Shown here: piece by piece, positions 1 through 7,420 of the stretch
How positions within the stretch are numbered: position 1 is the first letter of the stretch
How the letters are laid out: the number at the start of each line of letters is the position of its first letter
Virus record (IMG/VR): IMGVR_UViG_2645727901_000013
Strand: one strand, 5' to 3'
DNA from: a virus
Lineage: Duplodnaviria; Heunggongvirae; Uroviricota; Caudoviricetes
DNA: 12,231 bases
Notes under the pieces: generated by a model
The model's input: the letters and a program-made list of their open reading frames with translations, nothing else
Told to the model about the DNA's origin: nothing
Databases searched by the model: none
Program-made: the position numbers and the translations under genes

Positions 1-615
1 ACCCTCGTTCGGTAACTGCCACTGACTGGTACCAAACCAGTGCGAAGCCATGTTTTTCTTTCCGGTGGCTTCCGCTATCTGTTTTGACGTTATTCCCAGT
101 GATTTACGCGCATCACGAAAGTAAGAAATCAGCGGGGCCATGACGTGCTGTTTTAGCTCGCGCCCCTGTGCCACATAGCCATCATCTTTCGGGCGATACG
201 GTCCCTGATAATGTTCTGCAAACAGAATGCGCTCTGTTGCCGGAAAATACGCCCGCAGACTTTCCTTATTGCACCCGTTCCAGCGTCCGGACGGCTTCGC
301 CCAGATAATGTGGTTCAGCACATTAAAGCGCTCACGCATCATGATTTCGGTGTCAGATGCCAGGCGATGACCACAGAACAGGTAAAGACTTCCGGCAGGC
401 TTCAGTACCCGCCAGAACTGCGCCAGACACTGGTCCAGCCATTTCAGGTAATCATCGTCGCCCTCCCACTGGTTATCCCAGCCCTCGGGCTTCACTTTAA
501 AGTATGGCGGGTCTGTGACTATCAGATCGACAGAGTTTTCCGGTAAGGTCTGGATAAATTCCAGGCAATCAGCGTTGATTAACTCACAACTGGATATTTT
601 TACAGTATTAATCAT
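1..615 (-). CDS. DNA N6-adenine methyltransferase (beta-class, DPPY motif), 5' portion only; 3' end lies beyond the window
   Basis: Manual minus-strand translation from ATG at 615-613 is open to position 1 (no stop in the frame with codons 1-3, 4-6 ...). It begins MINTVKISSCELINADCLEFIQTLPENSVDLIVTDPPYFKVKPEG; DPPY is catalytic motif IV of N6/N4 amino-methyltransferases. Absent from the supplied ORF track, presumably because it has no in-window stop. Family assignment is established knowledge; no search run. Confidence 0.8.
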   Translation of the reverse strand, partial: MINTVKISSCELINADCLEFIQTLPENSVDLIVTDPPYFKVKPEGWDNQWEGDDDYLKWLDQCLAQFWRVLKPAGSLYLFCGHRLASDTEIMMRERFNVLNHIIWAKPSGRWNGCNKESLRAYFPATERILFAEHYQGPYRPKDDGYVAQGRELKQHVMAPLISYFRDARKSLGITSKQIAEATGKKNMASHWFGTSQWQLPNEG

Positions 616-751
616 AGATCAATAAGCACTTCTCTGATAGGCTCATACCGCTTTTGCGCAAAGCAGATGGGCCTGAGGTTTGCTTGTGACCCCAACGCAT
701 GAGCAGATGGCTGGCAGGTGCCGCTAACACCCACCAGCCGCCCATTACCAC

Positions 752-779
752 AAATTAAAAAGCCTTCACTGCGGAAGGC
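752..779 (-). terminator. Putative rho-independent terminator (minus strand)
   Basis: Seen in sequence: plus-strand GCCTTC (762-767) / loop ACTGCG / GAAGGC (774-779); read on the minus strand the hairpin is followed by TTTTTAATTT (complement of 752-761). The stop codon of the 766-963 ORF lies inside the stem. Confidence 0.5.
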
Positions 780-963
780 GTCTGTAACAACCGAACTGAT
801 AATCTGCCAGACCCGCCATAACAAGCTGAGTCAGTATTAACTGGCAGCGTTCGCGTGAAAGGTAAGTATTCTGCGCAATTTCCCCGACGGTCGCCGGTTC
901 GGTGACGCTTAATTCATTAAACACCACTCTGGCGGTTTCGGTCATATCCTGCTGTTTTAGCAT
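766..963 (-). CDS. Hypothetical small protein (about 65 aa), possible helix-turn-helix fold
   Basis: Track ORF 766..1086 begins with GTG at 1086 immediately after a terminator U-run and has no RBS, so I prefer the internal ATG at 963-961 (MLKQQDMTETARV...), which has a GGGA-containing purine run upstream. Bracketed by terminators at 1087-1115 and 752-779. Function unknown; HTH guess is from residue pattern only. Confidence 0.35.
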   Translation of the reverse strand: MLKQQDMTETARVVFNELSVTEPATVGEIAQNTYLSRERCQLILTQLVMAGLADYQFGCYRRLPQ

Positions 964-1086
964 GCCTTTTTCCCTTTTCCGGTTAACGTGACATACCAAT
1001 ACCTCTTGTCGAAAAAGCCAGCAAGCTGAAAGACCAGCATTCACAACCACCAGCGCATTTAACGTCCTGTACCGCTTTTCAGACAC

Positions 1087-1115
1087 AAAAAAACCCGCAT
1101 AAAGCGGGTTCTTTC
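1087..1115 (-). terminator. Strong intrinsic terminator downstream of Q-like gene (tR'-like); possibly bidirectional
   Basis: Seen in sequence: plus strand A-run (1087-1093), stem AACCCGC (1092-1098), loop ATAAA, GCGGGTT (1104-1110), then TTCTTTC. On the minus strand the hairpin is followed by 7 T. Position after the Q-like gene matches lambda tR' (established knowledge of lambdoid late-region layout). Confidence 0.7.
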
Positions 1116-1194
1116 AGGTGTCCATGTCTGCTATTCGCCTCGCGGTATAGCTTTGCGAAGCGTAGCTGGATTGAAACAGTTTATGCGTAAAAAA

Positions 1195-1749
1195 TCAAGA
1201 CATTTTTTGAGCAAACGATTCTCGCATAGGGATGTATAGCGCATATTCAGCAACAGCCAACCAATTAGCAATTCGCTTTTCGCATGTACTAAAACACCAT
1301 TCCGGGTGCACCTCATTCAACAATTCAGCCATTTTGCGTTTACTCATCCCCCGCCCTTCGTACCTTTGCCGCAGGATATCAATCAATCCAGGATAACGTG
1401 CAAGCGCTTTACTTATCACCCCATCAATGCGTAACGCCTCTGCATCAGTACAGTGAGACAACCAGCTCTTCTGTCTGCCAGCGATCATCTCTCGCAAGAA
1501 TGCTTCCAGCTCTGGTTTATCAATCCCTGACTCCCTGATTCTACGCAGGGCTTCATTGATCGCGGTTTTTGTCAGTTTTTTGGATGTCAGCAACTGATTG
1601 AACATATTTCCTGGTTTGCCACCACCTATGTACGACCAACGCCCCCACATCCGTAATTTCCCCTGGATCCAGACGGCTTCCAGCGTTTTTAGACGTAAAT
1701 GCTCGCCGCTTTTGCCTGTAATTTCCGGGTATATCATATTTACGATCAC
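1195..1749 (-). CDS. Late-gene antitermination protein Q-like (QuuD/Phage_antitermQ-type)
   Basis: 184-aa ORF directly downstream of rusA, the usual lambdoid Q position. It carries a W-G-R-W motif (LRMWGRWSY) and a LLTSKKLT segment that, recalled from memory, resemble the LERWGAWA and GLITSK regions of E. coli QuuD. The 1749 start is GTG overlapping the rusA stop; an alternative ATG is at 1737. Followed by a terminator. Family call from memory only. Confidence 0.6.
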   Translation of the reverse strand: MIVNMIYPEITGKSGEHLRLKTLEAVWIQGKLRMWGRWSYIGGGKPGNMFNQLLTSKKLTKTAINEALRRIRESGIDKPELEAFLREMIAGRQKSWLSHCTDAEALRIDGVISKALARYPGLIDILRQRYEGRGMSKRKMAELLNEVHPEWCFSTCEKRIANWLAVAEYALYIPMRESFAQKMS

Positions 1750-2105
1750 TCACTCTCAATTTTGTAAATCTTCACGCCCAGCCGCCCCCCAGGAACGAGC
1801 TGACCGCGCACAATATTAATTTCATCAAACTGCTCGTCGTCTATGAGAAGTCCGGCATGCGTCAGCGCATCCAGTGGTGCTTTCAGGATATTGTCCAGGT
1901 CACGACGACGCTTATCCGGTGGCTCTGCAATAATCTTTATCGCCAGCCGTCCGGACAGGTTTAATTTCAGCCGCTGCTCGCGAACAATTAGCGCCACATC
2001 CCGGCGATAACGCTCACCGGCTTTTGATACAAAATATGTGTTGTCACGACGTCGCCAGTAGGTGTTCACCGTTGGCGGGTAAGGCAAAACAAACTCTATA
2101 CGCAT
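1746..2105 (-). CDS. rusA: Crossover junction endodeoxyribonuclease RusA (Holliday junction resolvase)
   Basis: 119-aa protein with LPYPPTVNTYWRR near the N-terminus and the acidic catalytic segment DKRRRDLDNILKAPLDALTHAGLLIDDEQ, recognisably parallel to E. coli RusA (RRRDLDN...DALT...DD). Sits between nin-region-like genes and Q as in lambdoid phages. Confidence 0.9.
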   Translation of the reverse strand: MRIEFVLPYPPTVNTYWRRRDNTYFVSKAGERYRRDVALIVREQRLKLNLSGRLAIKIIAEPPDKRRRDLDNILKAPLDALTHAGLLIDDEQFDEINIVRGQLVPGGRLGVKIYKIESE

Positions 2106-2117
2106 CAGTAACCTCTT

Positions 2118-3113
2118 TTACCCAAGCACGCCGGTTGCAAAGGCGTGATCAAGAAAATGAAAAATTAAATCAACCTGGGAACCATGCTTTTCTTCGAATG
2201 CCAGCGGATCCGCATGAAGCTCGTTGTGATGTTCCCGACACAGCGGTAGTGTGAAAATATCGTGGGATTTTGTTCCCATTCCACCCTGACCGTGGCCTAT
2301 CAGGTGGTGGGCATCATCAGCAGGCTTTCCGCAACATGCGCACGGCTGCGTCTTAACCCAGCGCGTGTACTTTTCATTAACCCAGCGGCGACGTTTTGGG
2401 CGTAACATAAAAGACTCCGGCGACTCCGGATCCACTTTCAGCGCCAGCACCTTTTTCGCCTTATCCTGGATGATGCTGGTGGCAGTAACCGAAGGCACAA
2501 GGTCACTTTCCCGGGTAACAGACGGCACAACAGGCTTCGGTAATCTCAGTGCCTTACGGGCTGCACTTTCCGATAAGGCATCCGCCAGATCATTACGAAT
2601 CAGCCACCAGCACAGTTCCGGCATTGTCACAACGTGACTGTCGTCAAAACCGAGCTCCCGACGCACAACAGACAACACCCAGCGGGCACAGTTATCCGTT
2701 GCCATTGATTCCAGCCGTTCCGTGAACTGATCGCGCAGCTGGTTATCGCAGTGCCAGCACAGACGGATTGCGCCCGGAGCGTGTCGCATTGTGGTCATGT
2801 TCTCGCTGTGCCAGTTGGAATGAGGCCACTGACAGCCCTTTTCACGAAGTAACCAGCTTTCAAGACATTCCACGCCACCAGCACGACGGATCACTGCCTC
2901 ATTGCGGAACACGGCCCGAACGGCAGGATCATCCGCCAGCGGTTGTGATGCCGCCGGAACGGCACCACTGGCAAAAGATGAATAACGTTCCGGCTCAGGC
3001 TCCAGCAGGACACGCCCCTGCATAAACAGGGGCATCAGCTCTGAACCGGGCCTGAACAATACGATCCCCATACGCGGGGCAATTTCAGGGGTCAGTAGTG
3101 CTCTCACGGTCAC
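2118..3113 (-). CDS. Prophage protein with C-terminal HNH-like zinc/His motif (DUF968/YdfU-like)
   Basis: 331-aa ORF. C-terminus contains CACCGKPADDAHHLIGHGQGG...LCREHHNELH, i.e. Cys pair plus His-His and H-x3-H in HNH-type arrangement. Genes of this kind sit just upstream of rusA/Q in E. coli cryptic prophages (established knowledge). Family name is from memory and unverified. Confidence 0.65.
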   Translation of the reverse strand: MTVRALLTPEIAPRMGIVLFRPGSELMPLFMQGRVLLEPEPERYSSFASGAVPAASQPLADDPAVRAVFRNEAVIRRAGGVECLESWLLREKGCQWPHSNWHSENMTTMRHAPGAIRLCWHCDNQLRDQFTERLESMATDNCARWVLSVVRRELGFDDSHVVTMPELCWWLIRNDLADALSESAARKALRLPKPVVPSVTRESDLVPSVTATSIIQDKAKKVLALKVDPESPESFMLRPKRRRWVNEKYTRWVKTQPCACCGKPADDAHHLIGHGQGGMGTKSHDIFTLPLCREHHNELHADPLAFEEKHGSQVDLIFHFLDHAFATGVLG

Positions 3114-3158
3114 CTCAGCGAACGGTATTGCATGAACGCAGAAGAAAAAATTCAGCCA

Positions 3159-3416
3159 TCACGCAGTAAACTCCTTCACCAGTATTTCAAACTGGCTTAC
3201 CTGGCCTTCCAGTTCCGCCACGCAATCCACCAGCTCATCCACCGCCTTTTGTGTGCGGTGTTTTGCCAGCAGCAGATCACGCAGCGCCGGAGTAAGCTGC
3301 TTGCGGAGCGTATCCTTTGCCACGCTCGTTTTTTCCATCTGTTCAGCACAACGAAGCATCTCCTGCGCCTGCCGACGAAGTTGTTCCGGTGAAACAGTGA
3401 TTGCTCTGTTGTTCAA
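3159..3416 (-). CDS. Hypothetical protein (85 aa), charged and probably helical
   Basis: Track ORF; start ATG overlaps the stop of the upstream helicase gene (coordinates 3413-3416), consistent with translational coupling in the operon. No recognisable motif. Confidence 0.55.
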   Translation of the reverse strand: MNNRAITVSPEQLRRQAQEMLRCAEQMEKTSVAKDTLRKQLTPALRDLLLAKHRTQKAVDELVDCVAELEGQVSQFEILVKEFTA

Positions 3417-4813
3417 AATAAACGCTCCGTTTTACTGCCCGACATGCGGTTATTGCTGTATCTGCGCGGATTGCCCGGCGTCATGGGTGTGGAAAGAACC
3501 CGGGCACTCTCCTGGTCCACAGGCAGAAAATGTCCGTTATGAAAACGCCGGTAAATGGTCCCGAGCGTGCCATTACGCTGTTTCGTGATGTTGATTTCTG
3601 CTATGCCTCTGGCCTGAGTTTCCGGGTTGTATACCTCATCCCTGTAAAGCATCAGAATGATGTCGGCATCCGCCTCGATTTCCCCGGAGTTTTTCAGGTC
3701 CGAGTTCATTGGGCGTTTATTGGGTCTGGATTCCACGCCGCGGGAGAGCTGGCTCAGAGCAATCAGCGGAAAACCGCCGGATTTTGCCAGGCTTTTAAGT
3801 CCCTTTGAGATTTCCCCCACAGCAAGGTCGTGACGCCCCGTGCTGCGGGTTTTAATCAGGCCGAGGTAATCGACCACAACCAGCGCCGTTTCCGGGTGTT
3901 TCATCCGGTGGTGCTTCGTGGTTGCACATATCTCATCAATGGTCAGGTTTGCCTGGTCCACCATCCAGATATTACGCCCCGTCATTCGTCCCACGCCCTG
4001 CGAGAAACGCGCCCAGTCTTCATCTTCAAAACGGGCAACAGACTTAAGACGGGATACCGGCATTCCACCGGCAGCAGACACCATACGTTCACCAATCTGG
4101 ATGTTCGCCATCTCCATGGTGAACAGAAGCACGCCATGCCCCTGCTCAGTCACCTTGTCGATGATGTCCAGCGCAAGTTCGGTTTTCCCCATCGAAGGAC
4201 GGGCGGCAATGAATACCAGGTCTCCGGGCTCCATACCGCCCGTTTTTGCGTCCAGTTCATCAATACCGGTCATCAGCGCCCTGGATTTCTCCAGTCCCTG
4301 ATTGCGGCATTCAACACGGTCGACCACTTCCGGAAGGACATCATCAATGTGAACCGGCTGAATGACGCCCTTTCCGGTCGACAGTGAGGCCATCATGTTC
4401 TGCGCATCCTTCAGGGCATCCTCGGCTGCTTCACAGGTATACGCATCACGTAAATTCTGTAATGCTTCAGTCAGTGTTTTTTCTGCATCGCGCAGTGCGG
4501 CATTGCGCCGCAACGCTGCGACATAGTGCTCCAGTGAAGACTTCACCCAGGTTTTGCGTCCGGTGTCGGTAATCACCGGGGCAAGTTCCGGCATCTCATT
4601 GCACAGCAGTACGGGGTCAATGACGCCGGATATGCGAGCCTGTCTGCAAATCCCCGCGTAAATATCCCGGTACTGACGCACAAAAAATACATCCGCCGGA
4701 AGTGTGGCCAGAATATCCATCACTTCCGGATCGGCCCCACGCAGAAAAAACGCACCGATGACAGCGCCTTCCAGGTCATCGTTACGCCATGCCGGGGTGT
4801 TCTGGCTGGTCAT
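3413..4813 (-). CDS. Replicative DNA helicase, DnaB-like (phage-encoded)
   Basis: 466-aa ORF with Walker A IAARPSMGKTELALD, Walker-B-like LVVVDYLGL and DnaB-family arrangement (N-terminal domain plus RecA-like C-terminal domain). Start overlaps the stop of the DnaC-like gene (4810-4813). Confidence 0.9.
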   Translation of the reverse strand: MTSQNTPAWRNDDLEGAVIGAFFLRGADPEVMDILATLPADVFFVRQYRDIYAGICRQARISGVIDPVLLCNEMPELAPVITDTGRKTWVKSSLEHYVAALRRNAALRDAEKTLTEALQNLRDAYTCEAAEDALKDAQNMMASLSTGKGVIQPVHIDDVLPEVVDRVECRNQGLEKSRALMTGIDELDAKTGGMEPGDLVFIAARPSMGKTELALDIIDKVTEQGHGVLLFTMEMANIQIGERMVSAAGGMPVSRLKSVARFEDEDWARFSQGVGRMTGRNIWMVDQANLTIDEICATTKHHRMKHPETALVVVDYLGLIKTRSTGRHDLAVGEISKGLKSLAKSGGFPLIALSQLSRGVESRPNKRPMNSDLKNSGEIEADADIILMLYRDEVYNPETQARGIAEINITKQRNGTLGTIYRRFHNGHFLPVDQESARVLSTPMTPGNPRRYSNNRMSGSKTERLF

Positions 4814-5718
4814 GCGGCAACACCTCCGATACGAGAACGGTAGCTGGGCCAGTTAAACGACAACCAGTTGCGCCCGCCATCGGTGATCCTGTCGGCAATC
4901 CGGGGACTGATGAACGCCCACAATTCTTCCGGTGAAAGGTTGCTGATCAGGATAGTTGGCAAAATACCCTCATACCGGGCATTGATAATTTCCTGCAAAA
5001 TGGCCATTTCAGCCGCACTGCCAAACTGAACGCCGACTTCGTCGACAATCAGCAAATCCAGTGACGCATAATGCTCAATGACGTCATCCGCTGTTTTTTC
5101 ACTGTCATTCCGCCAGCAGTTTTTCACAGCCCGGGTAAGGCGCATCACGTCGGTGATCTCCACACTGGCCAGATAGTTACGGATGATGTGTTTTGCCATT
5201 GATACCGCCAGATGATTTTTCCCGGTACCGCAACTGCCGGTCATAACAAGACTGGTACCGTTCTCCAGCATATCTGGCCAGTTCTCCGCATAGCGGCGAC
5301 AGGCCGCAAGATTTCTGGCTGCGTCAGGATTAACCTCCAGATAATTATCAAACTCGCAGTCCCGAAAACGCAGAGCAATTCCGGCGTTATCAGTCAGTTC
5401 TTCCGCCTTGAGGGACGACAGTTCCATGGTCAAATCACTGGCCTCAGCGATCAAGCAGTCAGGGCAGCATGAAATTTTTTCTCTGTCCTCGCCATTACGA
5501 TCGATCCACACCAGTATATGCGTACGATATTTACCGTGTTTTTCGCAATATCCGCGACCTTCACGCATCAGGCAGGAACGATAAGGCCATGGCTTTTCGC
5601 CCTTCTGAGCAAATGCAATCTCTGCCCGTAACTCATCCATTTCTGCCCGTAACTCATCCATTCGCGCCTGTAGTCTTGTTTGTTTCTCACGTTGGTCAAT
5701 CGTCATCATCGCTGTCAC
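4810..5718 (-). CDS. DnaC/IstB-like AAA+ helicase loader with N-terminal Cys-rich (zinc-ribbon-like) extension
   Basis: 302-aa ORF; Walker A MTGSCGTGKNHLA and Walker B LLIVDEVG typical of DnaC/IstB ATPases. N-terminal region has C..C....CC..C cysteines and an in-frame tandem MDELRAE repeat. Confidence 0.85.
   Translation of the reverse strand: MTAMMTIDQREKQTRLQARMDELRAEMDELRAEIAFAQKGEKPWPYRSCLMREGRGYCEKHGKYRTHILVWIDRNGEDREKISCCPDCLIAEASDLTMELSSLKAEELTDNAGIALRFRDCEFDNYLEVNPDAARNLAACRRYAENWPDMLENGTSLVMTGSCGTGKNHLAVSMAKHIIRNYLASVEITDVMRLTRAVKNCWRNDSEKTADDVIEHYASLDLLIVDEVGVQFGSAAEMAILQEIINARYEGILPTILISNLSPEELWAFISPRIADRITDGGRNWLSFNWPSYRSRIGGVAA
5621..5662. repeat. Perfect 21-bp tandem duplication (2 copies) inside the DnaC-like gene
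   Basis: Seen in sequence: TCTGCCCGTAACTCATCCATT at 5621-5641 and again at 5642-5662. In-frame, giving MDELRAE-MDELRAE in the encoded protein. Confidence 0.9.
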
Positions 5719-5719
5719 C

Positions 5720-6712
5720 TCAGAATGTCAATTTGTTACTGGATTTACCGAATTTGTCAGACATGGCTCCCAGGCCAGCCAGGACATCGACCTGTCGCTG
5801 TCGCCCACCTCCGTGAGCGGCTGGCTGTTGCCAGTAATCTTCGAAGTGACGATCGGGTCCAAAGAACGTCGCAGCCTGCTTCACGAACTGTGTGCCGATA
5901 TTTCCTGTAGCACGTACCCAGGCGGCATACCGCTTCACGCCATCAAGCATGGTCTCCGGTTTTATTCCCTCCCTGATACGGGCTTTCCAGGCTTTGAAGG
6001 CTGCTGACTTGGAATTGCCACCAGCACGTTTGGGATATTCCTGCCAGGCCTGTTCAAATTCCGGTGAATATTCCTGTCGGGCAGAACGCGCTGGCGCAGA
6101 CGCGTCAGCGGATGCATCAATAGTGTTTTTAGTCTCCGTTGTAATCTCTGTAGTAATCTCTGTATTTGTATCAACATTCGGCGTATCCCCTGTTCCGTTA
6201 TGACGTCGGGGGGTGTTCCGTTTTAACGTAATAGCTGTATCGCTGATTGCATTATTGCTGTTACTTTCTGGCGAAACAGAAGAAGGTGTGGTGATGGCCG
6301 CAATTGCCTGTGGGTTGATCCCGACAAACAAAATATTGCTGCATTTCACCCCATCGAGCATTTCCACCGTGCGTAAATCCAGAGTAATAAACCCTGCATC
6401 GCGCAGACGCTTCAGCGCATCTGCGGTTTCCCTTTTCCCGAAACCAAACTGCTCAGCAAACGCCTGGTAGCTTCTTTGCAGTTTGTCGCCCTGAAAACGC
6501 TTGCGATATCCCAGCAACGCTCCGGTGTGCTCATCCCTGACCTCTGTCGGGCGGTACCAGTAAACGATCTCTGAAAGCAGAGCGATAGCCGTCGCATCCG
6601 GACGCCCACTGGGTAGTCGAATATATTTCCACCAGTTCGCAGGTGTAACATTGCCGGAAATATTAATTTGACCAATAGCCATAACTTCCGGTGTGGGGGC
6701 GTAACGGCTCAT
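5720..6712 (-). CDS. Phage replication initiation / replisome organizer protein (O-like; N-terminal organizer domain plus conserved phage C-terminal domain)
   Basis: 330-aa ORF in the lambda O position, immediately upstream of the helicase-loader and helicase genes. Low-complexity central linker (…NTEITTEITTETKNTIDASADASA…). C-terminal segment EYSPEFEQAWQEYPKRAGG…AAFKAWKARI fits the conserved phage replication-protein C-terminus as I recall it. Domain names from memory. Confidence 0.75.
   Translation of the reverse strand: MSRYAPTPEVMAIGQINISGNVTPANWWKYIRLPSGRPDATAIALLSEIVYWYRPTEVRDEHTGALLGYRKRFQGDKLQRSYQAFAEQFGFGKRETADALKRLRDAGFITLDLRTVEMLDGVKCSNILFVGINPQAIAAITTPSSVSPESNSNNAISDTAITLKRNTPRRHNGTGDTPNVDTNTEITTEITTETKNTIDASADASAPARSARQEYSPEFEQAWQEYPKRAGGNSKSAAFKAWKARIREGIKPETMLDGVKRYAAWVRATGNIGTQFVKQAATFFGPDRHFEDYWQQPAAHGGGRQRQVDVLAGLGAMSDKFGKSSNKLTF
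6141..6164. repeat. Iteron-like direct repeat (2 x 12 bp GTAATCTCTGTA) in the linker of the O-like gene; candidate origin element
   Basis: Seen in sequence: GTAATCTCTGTA at 6141-6152 and 6153-6164, followed by TTTGTATC. Lambda-type origins lie inside the initiator gene as iterons (established knowledge); the assignment here is inference. Confidence 0.4.
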
Positions 6713-7008
6713 ACAACCTCCTTCCGCGGCATGAGAATTGTGTAGCCACGCGCAGGTTGTAGTCTGGCTTTTGCATCAATAGTAAGCGTTGCAATTTTTC
6801 GGATATGAAGATAACCAGCTCTTTCCAGTGCCAGGGTTTCCCTGAATATCGCTTGCTTAGAACAACAGCAGAAATCAGCAAGCACCCGATGATCAATAAC
6901 TCTCTCGCCTTCACCGTCTGAAGAACCCGACATCAAAACACGCAACATAATCAGGCGCTGAATCGGGTTATCGAAAGCACATCCGCACACAAACTGAAAA
7001 CAGTTCAC
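6709..7008 (-). CDS. Hypothetical protein (99 aa), possible winged-helix DNA-binding protein
   Basis: Track ORF; ATGA-type start/stop overlaps with both neighbours (7005-7008 and 6709-6712) place it in the coupled operon. Segment KQAIFRETLALERAGYLHIRK looks like a recognition helix/wing; weak. Confidence 0.5.
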   Translation of the reverse strand: MNCFQFVCGCAFDNPIQRLIMLRVLMSGSSDGEGERVIDHRVLADFCCCSKQAIFRETLALERAGYLHIRKIATLTIDAKARLQPARGYTILMPRKEVV

Positions 7009-7229
7009 GCCACACCTCCCAGACGCTTAAACATTTTTCCAGACAGAAATACCGCCAGAGGGTAACTGATGGTGTAGCTACGCCCCTGTAGTTCGCACAC
7101 GACTTTCTGGCTTTCAGCGTTGACTAGGCAAACCCGCAGAACGTGACCGTTGCTGGTGGCGAACCACTGCCCCACACGGGGGCAACGGTTGTATCGGTGA
7201 TACAGGGAATTAACGATGTGGCGGATCAT
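7005..7229 (-). CDS. Hypothetical protein (74 aa)
   Basis: Track ORF; start overlaps upstream stop (7226-7229), stop overlaps downstream start (7005-7008). No recognisable motif. Confidence 0.45.
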   Translation of the reverse strand: MIRHIVNSLYHRYNRCPRVGQWFATSNGHVLRVCLVNAESQKVVCELQGRSYTISYPLAVFLSGKMFKRLGGVA

Positions 7230-7420
7230 GGACGCACCTCCGCCGTAGTTACGTATTTAACCGGGCTACCTTTCATTGAGATGGTTTCACACATCTCTGC
7301 CGCTTTCAGTTCCGCTGTTTTTCTGGATTTATAGCGACGGTGCCAGACAGATACATCCGTGCGAACTGATACATCGTTTCTGTATTCCGTAGTGGAGATG
7401 ATGATTTCGTAACTAATCAT
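7226..7420 (-). CDS. Hypothetical protein (64 aa)
   Basis: Track ORF; start overlaps the stop of the Rha-like gene (7417-7420). No recognisable motif. Confidence 0.45.
   Translation of the reverse strand: MISYEIIISTTEYRNDVSVRTDVSVWHRRYKSRKTAELKAAEMCETISMKGSPVKYVTTAEVRP

Noticed and set aside
612-824. 70-aa minus-strand ORF from the track.
   Set aside because: It runs through the 752-779 terminator hairpin and the tail of the small ORF, with no RBS or motif; likely a chance ORF.
766-1086. Full-length 106-aa minus-strand ORF starting at 1086.
   Set aside because: The 1086 start is a GTG directly abutting the terminator U-tract with no RBS; the in-frame ATG at 963 is more plausible, so only 766-963 is reported, at low confidence.
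1131-1316. 61-aa minus-strand ORF overlapping the 3' end of the Q-like gene.
   Set aside because: Out-of-frame overlap with a better-supported gene and it spans the putative late promoter/leader; no independent support.
3830-4387. Long plus-strand ORFs (185 aa and 127 aa, and others at 2365-3025, 5212-6470, 8614-9174) antisense to the replication and regulator genes.
   Set aside because: They lie entirely inside well-supported minus-strand genes with clear catalytic motifs and are typical shadow ORFs; their translations are low-complexity and Ser/Arg/Cys-rich.
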